A stretch of 64,000 bases of DNA from Parcubacteria group bacterium Greene1014_15 (GTDB lineage: Bacteria > Patescibacteriota > Minisyncoccia > Phycocordibacterales > VMGT01), in contig VMGT01000003.1 of the NCBI GenBank assembly GCA_007376725.1, positions 4,470 through 68,469 on the forward strand, given 5' to 3'. The notes beneath the pieces were generated by a model. The model saw nothing but the letters and a program-made list of their open reading frames with translations. It made no database searches and was not told the origin of the DNA. How positions within the stretch are numbered: the stretch's first letter is position 1; every line of letters starts with the position of its first letter. The position numbers and the translations under genes are program-made. Below, in pieces: positions 26,356 to 35,593 of the stretch.

Positions 26356-27312
26356 ATGGAAAATATAGCACCTGAAAATGTTTCCCAAAAGGCATCGCAA
26401 TCCGCCAGCACTCCTCGATTGCCTGGGTCAACTGTACTGCTTAAGCTTTCAATCGCATATTACAAAGAGTACGTTGCGACAATTGTGGGTGTCATGCTCG
26501 TACCACTCGTTCTGCAGCTTCTTTCTTTTTTCATTCCTTCAGTAGCAGCGCTTGTGACCATTGCATCAATGGTTTCGAGTATGTTCTCATCCATTGTTCT
26601 TATCGGTTTACTGGCAGGTACATGGAGTGCAACAGAGGGTATAAGTACATTATACAGAAAAAGCCTTACCTGGTTTTGGCCAACTGTCATGGTGCAGGCA
26701 TATGCAATGGCAGTAGTCATCGGTGGCTTTTTTCTGCTCATCATTCCTGGAATATATGCCGCGATTGCAACAAGTTTTGCTGTATATGTTCTTTTTGCTG
26801 AAAATAAACGTGGTATATCTGCAATTGTCGCAAGTTGGCAGTATGTGAAAGGAAATTGGGGTTCGGTTCTGTGGAGAATGATAGTTCTCTTGGCTATTTT
26901 GGGGATTATCGGACTTATTCTTCTCATTCCCGATATATGGCCGAAACTCGCTACTCTTAAACAGGGATTGCTGGATCCAAGCGCAGGAGCATCGGCCCCT
27001 GTGCCATCCTCTCCTTTATTTGCCGCTGTGCGGACGATTTTTCAGATATTGGTAATGTCACCCCTCACAATCATCTACACTTCATTTGTTTACAAATCTC
27101 TTCGGACAATGAAATCCGCCGCGCCGGTTATCAATGATCAAAAAACAGCAAAAACCGTAAAAACATTTATGATTGTCGGCATTGTTGGGTTATTACTTGT
27201 TATTGTTGTCTCCGTTTTAGTTGTTATGTATGTGGCGGATTACCCAGGCGTAAGTACAGCTGGTACATCTGCGGCAGTTATTGACTCGCTGCGAGAAAGT
27301 ATAGGTTGGTGA
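26356..27312 (+). CDS. polytopic membrane protein of unknown function
   Basis: At least 6 hydrophobic helices and no catalytic motif recognised. Confidence 0.5.
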   Translation: MENIAPENVSQKASQSASTPRLPGSTVLLKLSIAYYKEYVATIVGVMLVPLVLQLLSFFIPSVAALVTIASMVSSMFSSIVLIGLLAGTWSATEGISTLYRKSLTWFWPTVMVQAYAMAVVIGGFFLLIIPGIYAAIATSFAVYVLFAENKRGISAIVASWQYVKGNWGSVLWRMIVLLAILGIIGLILLIPDIWPKLATLKQGLLDPSAGASAPVPSSPLFAAVRTIFQILVMSPLTIIYTSFVYKSLRTMKSAAPVINDQKTAKTVKTFMIVGIVGLLLVIVVSVLVVMYVADYPGVSTAGTSAAVIDSLRESIGW

Positions 27313-27314
27313 AG

Positions 27315-28022
27315 TTACCTGATAACATAGACAACATTTTTTCTTTCCACGACCACTTTCCATTTGTTTCGTCTGGCATGGCGATAGAGAACCATAGTCG
27401 GATTAAAACATATAGGTGTCTCGACAAGTTCGAGAAATGCATAATCTCCTTCGGAATCTCCAACTCCGATTGATTTTTTAAGTTTCAGATTTTCTTTTTC
27501 TACAACCCGCTTTACGATATTCGCTTTGTTGGCGATAAGGTGCAGATCGCTCACCTTTCCTGTAAGTTTGTTTCCAGGTCCGATTTCATACATGCGACCA
27601 TACACTTTGTCAAAACCAAGATGATGGCAAAATTTATCGAGAACATCTTTTGGTGATTGCGATATAGCAAGCAGAAAGTACCCTTTTGCTTTTAATTCTG
27701 AAATAAGATCGCGGGTATAACGATAGACACGGTTTTTGTGCTTCTGAACAACCCGTTCGCCGGCAATAATAAAATCTGGATAATAAACGCCTTTTATGTG
27801 TTTGTGAAAAGTTGTTATCGTAGCATTAATGTACGGATCATACTCATCTTCTCTATCAAGCCAGCGCAGGTGTGCAAGCTCATACTCTTTGCGCGCGCTT
27901 TCTGGAAAAATATCGGCGTTAATCAATTCTTCAACAATTTCTATAAGTAAGCTTGAACGAAAAATAGTTCCGTCAACATCGAAAATCGCAACTTTTCTTT
28001 TATTCATGAGACCATAATACAC
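27315..28022 (-). CDS. HAD-superfamily hydrolase (subfamily IB, phosphoserine phosphatase-like)
   Basis: Motif I VAIFDVDGTIF. Downstream motifs S/T and GDSEGD. Confidence 0.7.
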   Translation of the reverse strand: MYYGLMNKRKVAIFDVDGTIFRSSLLIEIVEELINADIFPESARKEYELAHLRWLDREDEYDPYINATITTFHKHIKGVYYPDFIIAGERVVQKHKNRVYRYTRDLISELKAKGYFLLAISQSPKDVLDKFCHHLGFDKVYGRMYEIGPGNKLTGKVSDLHLIANKANIVKRVVEKENLKLKKSIGVGDSEGDYAFLELVETPICFNPTMVLYRHARRNKWKVVVERKNVVYVIR

Positions 28023-28034
28023 CCAAAAGCATTA

Positions 28035-28214
28035 GAGCCTATCCACTATCTAATGCCTAGACGAAATGTTCAAAATTCGTTGCGAAAATTGCGTATTTTG
28101 AGGAAGCATAAGGGGAAGCTGACGAAAAATACATAATTTACAGCAGAATTTTGGACATTTCGGCAGGCAAGCTATATTTTGCTTTGTATTTTGCGGTTAG
28201 ATAGTGGATAGGCT
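28035..28214. repeat. MITE-like element family C (full copy, perfect 19-bp TIRs)
   Basis: GAGCCTATCCACTATCTAA ... TTAGATAGTGGATAGGCTC. Internal inverted repeat GACGAAATGTTCAAAA / TTTTGGACATTTCGGC. Confidence 0.75.
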
Positions 28215-28378
28215 CTTGGGTTTGCGAATGTTATTGGGTATATAATCACGGCGCTCGGAGAAAATGAAAGTAGAAACTTTCGCTTTCTCCTCGCTTGTGA
28301 TTATAGCAGAGATTTGGTTCGTTTGACACGATGTATAGCAAAGTTTTATAGTGCAGGCAGACAAGGACAAAAAAGGGG

Positions 28379-29011
28379 GTGGCCATGGCAATAATCGAAA
28401 AGATGACGTTCCTTAAAGCAAACGAGAATCGGGAAAGCTTTTTTCGCCGTATAGCGCTGTTTTATCCGAAACTCGACTACCGTTATATCATGATCGAACG
28501 TGCGTATGATGACGCAAAGGATGCGTTTCGCGAGATGTATCGGGACGAAGGCATACGATATTTCGAGCATTTACGCTGCACGGCTCTTATTTTGATAGAT
28601 TGGCTGCGTGTGCGAGATCACCATCTCATCGTCGCTGCCCTGCTCCATGATATTGTAGAAGATAAAGAATCGTGGACGATTGATCGTGTGTGCGAAGAAT
28701 ACGATATTGAAATTGCGCGTCTCCTCGAGTTTTTGAGCAAGGAAGATGTGTCCTTATATACATCCAAAGAAGAACGCGATCGCGTATATCATGAGCGATT
28801 TGAATATGCTCCACGAGATTTCTTTTTTGTTAAGCTTGCCGATCGTCTTCATAATCTCATTACCGGTACAGGGACGACGAAAGAGAAACGGGAAAGGAAG
28901 ATAGTTGAGACCAAGCGCTATTACTTACCGTATGCTGAAAAGCACTGCATCCTCATACACGAGCTTGAAGAGGCAATTGAGATTCTCGAAGCTTTTGACC
29001 GAACAACATAG
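28379..29011 (+). CDS. HD-domain protein, RelA/SpoT-type (p)ppGpp hydrolase-like (small alarmone hydrolase)
   Basis: HLRCTALILIDWL...AALLHDIVEDK matches the SpoT HD-domain signature HxxxVAxIL...AALLHDVVEDT. About 210 aa and single-domain. Confidence 0.6.
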   Translation: MAMAIIEKMTFLKANENRESFFRRIALFYPKLDYRYIMIERAYDDAKDAFREMYRDEGIRYFEHLRCTALILIDWLRVRDHHLIVAALLHDIVEDKESWTIDRVCEEYDIEIARLLEFLSKEDVSLYTSKEERDRVYHERFEYAPRDFFFVKLADRLHNLITGTGTTKEKRERKIVETKRYYLPYAEKHCILIHELEEAIEILEAFDRTT

Positions 29012-29082
29012 ACGCATCGAACGCCACCTTTTTTTCTGGTGGCGTTCTTGTTTAAGGTAAGTATACGTGCGATACTCTCTAT

Positions 29083-29628
29083 ATGTTGAGCCAATATACG
29101 AAGATTCGGATGATTATTGCAATCATTGTTTGTCTGTTTTTGATAGGTGTTTTTCTATTTGTCAGACGTGACAAGACGGTAAGAGTAGCAACCTTTGATG
29201 AATGCATTAAAGCGGGCTATGCGGTCATTGATTCGTTTCCCAAGAGATGTTTAGACAACGAGAGCATCGTTCATATCGAAGATGTTGGAAATATGGTTGA
29301 AATGCAAAATGAAATCCAAATCAATGCGCCTGAAAGAAACACGGTTATTACCGCTAATTTAGTTATTTTAGGGAAAGCTCGGAAAGATTGGTTCGTTGAC
29401 GGAAAAATTTCAGGATCGCTCGTTGATACAGAAGGTATAGTTCTTGGTCAGTTTGTTGCTGAAGCTGAAAAAGGAAATATAAACAAAACTCTAAGAGAAT
29501 TTAGCGGAAAAATGATATGGCGTTTACGAGATACAGACGCACTCAAGGGAAGTATTGTTTTGAAAAAAGGCAAAGTAACAGGCACAGGCAGTGAAATTAG
29601 AATGCCAGTGTTTTTGCGACCAGACTAA
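29083..29628 (+). CDS. hypothetical secreted or membrane-anchored protein
   Basis: N-terminal hydrophobic segment MIIAIIVCLFLIGVFLFV. Confidence 0.45.
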   Translation: MLSQYTKIRMIIAIIVCLFLIGVFLFVRRDKTVRVATFDECIKAGYAVIDSFPKRCLDNESIVHIEDVGNMVEMQNEIQINAPERNTVITANLVILGKARKDWFVDGKISGSLVDTEGIVLGQFVAEAEKGNINKTLREFSGKMIWRLRDTDALKGSIVLKKGKVTGTGSEIRMPVFLRPD

Positions 29629-29769
29629 TCTAGTACCCCGTCAACAAACTAATGACGGCTACGATCCAAGAATTTCGGCTGCAAATGGAGTTTCGGTTTT
29701 CAATGAATCTCGATTCATTTCGAACCTCATCCTCCATTTTCGCTCGAAATTTTTGAATCCTAACTCGTC

Positions 29770-31044
29770 TTACTGAACAACAATTTTCCCTTGCAAATCT
29801 TCGATCATTGTTGCACTTGAAACTGTATGCGTAAGTGTGATAACAGATTTGTTTGTTGCCCGAAGTGTGCTCACCCCATCGTCGCTTCCGATTGTTGAGT
29901 CAATAAACGTTATCTTGCTCTTGTCAAATGAATATGCGGCTTCCAAAAGACGTGATTTTTGAAATGTCGCCTCCGAGAAATCTTTTGTTTCAATAGTATC
30001 GATTATGCTGTCTTGTACAATTGCGACGGTATCCTCTGATTCGGTTATGGTATGAACAGCACTATTCTCGAGATAAAGTTTGTTAGTATGCTCGAGAAAA
30101 AAATTCCATGCCCGCACCGATGTATTGAGAAGGTGCAATTTGGCATCAACGAACTTCAATGTCTCATCTTTAAACAATCCGTTCATCAAACCACGGGCGG
30201 AAACAGTTTTTTGTTCCCATGGTCTTTGTGCATGAATATCAAGTGAAATGTTGTCAGTATTTCTGATAGTTATGTCTGATGCTGGCACGACACGAACATG
30301 CCACATTTTGACAGAGGAATTTGAAAGCGAGAGCACGGAAGAAATTTCAAATTCGTTTTTATTTGGAAAAACATACGCCGCTGTTGTTTGTTGTGGAAAT
30401 GCTTCATCCACACGAGCCCCTGTTCCAAAGCAAGGGTCGAGGAGGAGTTTTTTCGAGTTTTGTAGAGTGATTTCAGTGTTGTCGCATGTGGTCACATTCA
30501 CCGAGTCCCACGAGGTTATGTGTGCGCGACTTGAATCCATGAATTTCTGAAACGGGAAACAGCCGGCTGCTGTTGTTGTTATATCCTGTGCAGCAAGAGA
30601 AGCACTATCATGAAAATTCCAAGAAACGGTTTCTTCACACGAAACGGCAAGGATGGAATTTTGGAGAATGACTCTACTGTTGTCATACGCGTTGAGCGCA
30701 ATTATTTTACCAAGCGAACTTACGTGCTCAAATAAACTATTTCTAACGACAAGTGTCGCATTGTCTTTGAGTACGATGGATTCTCCGACAAGATAGTGTT
30801 GATTTTCGATAACGAGCTTCTGGTCGCCCCGCAGTATGATTGGTTTGTTTTCCACATCGATTCCTTCGTAGTCAGAGTTGTCATTTTTAACCGACCGATC
30901 CGCGGGAAGGGTGGAAGTTGTAACAGGCGGAACACGCGATACATACGTATGAGTGCGCAGACTTTTATAGACACCAATAAGAAAAGCAAGCGTACAGGTA
31001 ACGATGACGATCATCATGTATGTTTTTTTACTGAATATATCCAT
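29770..31044 (-). CDS. membrane-anchored protein with parallel beta-helix-like repeats
   Basis: N-terminal TM. Repeated xLxNS motifs (VVRNSLF, ILQNSIL, TLQNSKK, YLENSAV). Confidence 0.5.
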   Translation of the reverse strand: MDIFSKKTYMMIVIVTCTLAFLIGVYKSLRTHTYVSRVPPVTTSTLPADRSVKNDNSDYEGIDVENKPIILRGDQKLVIENQHYLVGESIVLKDNATLVVRNSLFEHVSSLGKIIALNAYDNSRVILQNSILAVSCEETVSWNFHDSASLAAQDITTTAAGCFPFQKFMDSSRAHITSWDSVNVTTCDNTEITLQNSKKLLLDPCFGTGARVDEAFPQQTTAAYVFPNKNEFEISSVLSLSNSSVKMWHVRVVPASDITIRNTDNISLDIHAQRPWEQKTVSARGLMNGLFKDETLKFVDAKLHLLNTSVRAWNFFLEHTNKLYLENSAVHTITESEDTVAIVQDSIIDTIETKDFSEATFQKSRLLEAAYSFDKSKITFIDSTIGSDDGVSTLRATNKSVITLTHTVSSATMIEDLQGKIVVQ

Positions 31045-31296
31045 AGTATAAGTATATAGGTTGTTATATCATTTACATATATAGGACCCACGCATTTGGC
31101 GCACTTCTTTGTCAAAGACTCCGCGCCGCGTTCGTCGTATATAGATAGTAATTATATATCGACGGCGTTCGGACGAAATGAAAATAGTAACTTTCATTTC
31201 GCATCCTCACTGGTCGATATAAGGAATACGTCTCACTTGGTGCTCGTCTTTTCCTCGAACTGCATCCAAATGCGTAGGTCCTAATAGACTGTAAAT

Positions 31297-32226
31297 ATGG
31301 ATGATTTTATCTTTCTACTCTTTGTTACCTTATTGATACACGGGGCATACGGTCTCGGTGTAATGCGGCGCACAAAAAAAATGCTTCGTACGCAAATGGC
31401 ACACTATGAACGCCGACTGCACATTATGGCACACAGCCTTTATGCGCCGCTCGGATCAATACAAAATTTCACCGAACTGTTGGGTTCTGAAAAAATACAG
31501 AAAGACAAAAACAAAGTGGCCGAATACATAGATATCATTGATGATAATGTTGTGCGTATGCTCGAAACGTTACGTTATTACATAGATATTTCACGTATAG
31601 AAAATAATGCTTTTGCAATCTTCGTTCGAGATTATTCTCTGCCTGCTGTTGTCGAAGAACGACTTCACTTTTATGGATCCCGGGCATTTAAATCTTCCGT
31701 GTCGCTCAAGATGCATATAGGGAAAGGCCTGCCACCCAAAATGGAGTTCGATTCTCATGCGGTGAGCAATATGATTGATCGTTTACTTTCTTGCATGATT
31801 GAACGTTCAAAAGCAGATGATACCGTGACTCTGCGAGTTTTTTATATTCCAAGCGGTGAAACTTTTGCATCCGCCGCAAAAGAGAGTGGGATCGTGTGTA
31901 GTTTGCCGGAAGAACTTCCACAGCTGCTTTCTGATCAAAACAAGATTGTCGTTTTGATTAACTCCTCACGAGATATATTCGAACAACATGAAATGCAGAC
32001 CATGTTTGATGGCGCGATACAAGATCTGGTATTTCCAGACACGAATGAACTCACTTTGCAAGCTCTCGCGCGTACACACCGTGTTGGCCTTATGGTCGTT
32101 AAACGCTTTGCGGAAGCACACGGAGGAACTGCGGGCGCTTTCAATTGCAAAGAAGGATCTTCAATTTATTTTACGCTTCAGCAGATTGAAACCACAGGAA
32201 ATGACATGATTCATGCATGGAAGTAG
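31297..32226 (+). CDS. histidine kinase-like protein with degenerate ATPase domain (possible pseudo-kinase)
   Basis: N-terminal TM. H-box-like MAHSLYAPLGSIQNF. The C-terminal HATPase-like region lacks a clear N box or G boxes but keeps the ending GSSIYFTL. Confidence 0.5.
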   Translation: MDDFIFLLFVTLLIHGAYGLGVMRRTKKMLRTQMAHYERRLHIMAHSLYAPLGSIQNFTELLGSEKIQKDKNKVAEYIDIIDDNVVRMLETLRYYIDISRIENNAFAIFVRDYSLPAVVEERLHFYGSRAFKSSVSLKMHIGKGLPPKMEFDSHAVSNMIDRLLSCMIERSKADDTVTLRVFYIPSGETFASAAKESGIVCSLPEELPQLLSDQNKIVVLINSSRDIFEQHEMQTMFDGAIQDLVFPDTNELTLQALARTHRVGLMVVKRFAEAHGGTAGAFNCKEGSSIYFTLQQIETTGNDMIHAWK

Positions 32227-32260
32227 TTCTGTAATTGTCTGTTTATGGTAGTATATCGTC

Positions 32261-33112
32261 ATGGCAAAAGACACCCATTACAACAAGCACGATGTTCTAT
32301 TGCTTGAACAACAAATCAAGGATCTTCGCGAGGAAGCAAAAACTAAGGACGAGTTTATTCGTATAACAAACCACGAATTACGGACGCCGCTTGATATCAT
32401 TCGCGGAAATCTTGACATGGTTCTCAAGGGAGAAGCAGGCGAAATATCAGCAAGTACACGTGAATATCTCGTCGATGCTTTATTTGGAGCCGACCGCCTG
32501 ACAGGGCTTGTCGACGATATGCTCGATATCGCGCGAATTACAACAGGACAAATGCGTTTTGAATTAACGGAAATAAATATCTGCGAACTTCTTGAAACCG
32601 TGGAAAAAGAGTTTTCCCCCATAGCAAAAGAAAAACGACTCGTTCTCTACAAAGACTGTTTCAAAGATGTACCGCTCGTGTACAGCGATAAATCGCGTCT
32701 GTTCCAAATTTTCGACAATCTTATTGGAAATGCGTTCAAATTTACACCGCGCGGAGGTTCTGTCACGATACGCGTCGTTGATGATCACGCAAATGTTCCA
32801 GATACAATTCTTGTTTCTGTCATTGACACAGGCAGCGGCATTAAAAAAGAAGATATATCGAAACTTTTCAAACAATTTCCAGATATCGAAAAACGCATCT
32901 TACCAACAGAAAAAGGCACAGGCCTCGGTCTCAATCTTGTCTGGCATGTTCTTAAGGCGCTTGGTGGAGAGATTTGGGCAGAATCTGATGGTTTTGGCAA
33001 GGGAACGACATTTTTCTTCCGGCTTCCTATCGCCGGAAGTGAGCGTGGAAAACAACTCTATAACTATCATGCCGTTTATTTAAAGTCGGGGAGCGATGCT
33101 CGCAAGGAATAA
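32261..33112 (+). CDS. cytoplasmic sensor histidine kinase
   Basis: Coiled-coil N-terminus. H-box ITNHELRTPLDIIRGN. LIGNAFKFT, DTGSGI and GTGLGLNLV. Confidence 0.8.
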   Translation: MAKDTHYNKHDVLLLEQQIKDLREEAKTKDEFIRITNHELRTPLDIIRGNLDMVLKGEAGEISASTREYLVDALFGADRLTGLVDDMLDIARITTGQMRFELTEINICELLETVEKEFSPIAKEKRLVLYKDCFKDVPLVYSDKSRLFQIFDNLIGNAFKFTPRGGSVTIRVVDDHANVPDTILVSVIDTGSGIKKEDISKLFKQFPDIEKRILPTEKGTGLGLNLVWHVLKALGGEIWAESDGFGKGTTFFFRLPIAGSERGKQLYNYHAVYLKSGSDARKE

Positions 33113-33164
33113 GAATATTGTACGGTATTTTGATCACATGATACAATGAAATGCACTATAAGCT

Positions 33165-33620
33165 ATGGCTAAATTATTGTTAGTTGAAGATGATCCGCTC
33201 ATGGTACGCATGTATCAGCGCAAACTTATTAATGATGGATACGACGTTGAAGTTGCGGTTAATGGAGAAGATGGACTCGTGAAGATTCGTTCTTTTTCTC
33301 CTGACCTTGTGTTGCTCGACATCATGATGCCGAAGGTAAATGGCCTGCAGGTGCTTGAACGAGTCAAGTCGGATCCCACCATAAGCAAAATACCGATCAT
33401 CATTCTTACAAACTTAGGCGGTTCGCAAGAGGATATTGAACGGGGACTTGAACTTGGCGCTGTCGCATATTTAGTAAAATCAGCATATCGTCCAGATGAA
33501 GTAGTCGCAAAAGTAAAAGAGGTTCTTGCAGGCTACACAAAATCAAAAGAAGTGCCTGATGCCGCGAGCTCTTCAGCAAGCAAAAAAGTCATTGAGGAAA
33601 CGTCAAAAAAGAAAAAATAA
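33165..33620 (+). CDS. single-domain response regulator (CheY-like receiver) with Lys or Ser-rich tail
   Basis: LLVEDDPLMVRMYQ, LVLLDIMMPKVNG and PIIILTNLG. Confidence 0.8.
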   Translation: MAKLLLVEDDPLMVRMYQRKLINDGYDVEVAVNGEDGLVKIRSFSPDLVLLDIMMPKVNGLQVLERVKSDPTISKIPIIILTNLGGSQEDIERGLELGAVAYLVKSAYRPDEVVAKVKEVLAGYTKSKEVPDAASSSASKKVIEETSKKKK

Positions 33621-33689
33621 CAAAACACTCGTCCTAAAAAGGATGGGTGTTTTGAGAGCACTAGGAGAAATTGAGTGACTCATACAGAG

Positions 33690-33840
33690 AGAACACCGGA
33701 AGAAATGCGTAGGAAGAAATAGGAAGAAATGGGGACAGAGGAAGAAATGGGGACAGGCACAATTATTATCTCCTCCAAGGAGATAATAATTGTGCCTGTC
33801 CCCATTTCTTCAAGACCCATTTCTTCAAGACTAATGACTA
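33690..33840. repeat. long perfect palindrome (33-bp arms) with flanking GGAAGAAAT direct repeats
   Basis: GAAGAAATGGGGACAGGCACAATTATTATCTCC-tccaa-GGAGATAATAATTGTGCCTGTCCCCATTTCTTC. Upstream GGAAGAAAT occurs three times, mirrored downstream by CATTTCTTCAAGAC twice. Confidence 0.8.
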
Positions 33841-33856
33841 TTACCTATAGACTATC

Positions 33857-35536
33857 CTATACCTGCTGATTATGTGTAATAAAGCGTGCGAGCCATGCGA
33901 GAGGGAGAATGGAAAGCAACATGAAAATAATTGAGAGTGAAAAAGTAAGGCGCAGTGTATCACTGGCTACAGCGAGAATAGAGGCTTGAGATCTGCCCGT
34001 AAAAAGCATGCCAATCGGTGTTTCTTCAACATCAAGTATCGGGATGTACGAGGCGAGATAGGGCTGATTCAAAACGGACGCCGTGCCTGTGTGTCTTTCA
34101 CCTTTCGTAAGCACTGCTGTCGTGATATTTGTGTCCACTTCACGTGTCCCAATAAGGCGCGTGCTTGTATTGGGAAGTGTAAATGTTGTTGCCGCCGCTA
34201 CATCTTTTGCGAAAATGGTCACATCGAGGCTAGTCACTTCTTTAACTCCATCAACAAAGGCAATGTCCATAAGATAGCCGGTAACAACAGCACCGATAAT
34301 TTCAAGTCGACCGTCTTCACGAGTGTCTACAATCGGGCTCGCGGCACGAATTGAGATTGTTGGTATGGTGACTCCTTCTTCAGACTGGGTGGTAACAACC
34401 GCTTTGCCATCGAGAGCGCGCCATACAACTGGATCTTGCGCGATACTGTCACCAAACCGATCTCGGTCTTCCGCGCGCATAATAACTTCGCCTCCTGTAT
34501 TGACCGCGAGCATGAAGTCAGTTTCGTTTTCGAACATCAAGGCATTGAGATTGTTAAAGAGCGCATCTTTATCATTTGCGCGCACAGCTTCGCGCGTCTG
34601 GGGGTTTGTTGATGCAATACGGGCTGCAAGGATTGCTGACTCTTTTACTTTGGAAAGAGCAAATTCGAGTGTTTTAACATTTGTTTCAAGGTCTTGTGTT
34701 GCACGCTGCTGTGTTTTATTGAGTAAGAAACCGGTATAAAAAATAGTTGTTGTGACAAAAATGAGAAAAGAAAGAGCGACAAAACTCGAGAAAATTTGAG
34801 GAAATATGCGAAAGCGGATAAAGCCCCAGGCCCAAGCGCCAAGCGATACGGCGCCGATGAACTTGAAAAAATTTTCGATTATCCAAAATAATCCGTTGTC
34901 GGCCGCGAAACGAGCAATAAGCACATTAGATGAGCTTTCAAGTAAACTCAAAATTGCTACGCCAAGACCTATCGAAAGAAACAAGAAACCTCGATAAAAA
35001 TGTTTCCATTCACTCTGGATGCCGTATGAGTAGTGAATATAGAGAAGAGCTGTGATTAAGCTCGAGAAAATACAGAGCCAAATTTTAGGTTGCGTAAAAA
35101 TGAAGCCAAGAACACCTATGAGGGGAGCAAGTGTTGCAAGGACGTGTTTGAGGGGTGTAGCAATAAAAAGAGGAACGATGGCCAAGTCGGTCTGTTTTTC
35201 AAGAATCCATCCGAAGAAGAGCGGCGGACGCTTCCCTGGTTTGATCGGAACAGGATCCATGAGAAGACTGGCCAGAATGAAACCGAATCCAAGAAGACCA
35301 ATAAGATCAACAAGAAGCGCTTGATTGAGCCCTTCAAAACCGATAAAACCATGTGGCGCCGCCCCGATGAATCCCCACAGAGTTAACACAAAAAAACCAA
35401 CAGCGCGCAGGAGGGTTTTACCCTTGCGCTCTATCATCCATCCGTCAAGATATATCCAACCAGCCGTCACCATGAGGAAGGCGATAAATATCTCAAGAAC
35501 GTAACGACTATTCTGTATCCAAAATAATTCCCACAT
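33857..35536 (-). CDS. membrane sensor-like protein (multi-TM N-terminus, large extracytoplasmic Cache-like domain, C-terminal TM) without output domain
   Basis: About 8 N-terminal hydrophobic helices, an approximately 280-aa extracytoplasmic segment and a final TM (IIFMLLSILPLAWLARF). No kinase, cyclase or MCP motifs. Confidence 0.55.
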   Translation of the reverse strand: MWELFWIQNSRYVLEIFIAFLMVTAGWIYLDGWMIERKGKTLLRAVGFFVLTLWGFIGAAPHGFIGFEGLNQALLVDLIGLLGFGFILASLLMDPVPIKPGKRPPLFFGWILEKQTDLAIVPLFIATPLKHVLATLAPLIGVLGFIFTQPKIWLCIFSSLITALLYIHYSYGIQSEWKHFYRGFLFLSIGLGVAILSLLESSSNVLIARFAADNGLFWIIENFFKFIGAVSLGAWAWGFIRFRIFPQIFSSFVALSFLIFVTTTIFYTGFLLNKTQQRATQDLETNVKTLEFALSKVKESAILAARIASTNPQTREAVRANDKDALFNNLNALMFENETDFMLAVNTGGEVIMRAEDRDRFGDSIAQDPVVWRALDGKAVVTTQSEEGVTIPTISIRAASPIVDTREDGRLEIIGAVVTGYLMDIAFVDGVKEVTSLDVTIFAKDVAAATTFTLPNTSTRLIGTREVDTNITTAVLTKGERHTGTASVLNQPYLASYIPILDVEETPIGMLFTGRSQASILAVASDTLRLTFSLSIIFMLLSILPLAWLARFITHNQQV

Positions 35537-35593
35537 TGTGGTATACGCTTAAATTATACTCGAAAGTGCGGGCGGTGTACTATCATGCGCAGT

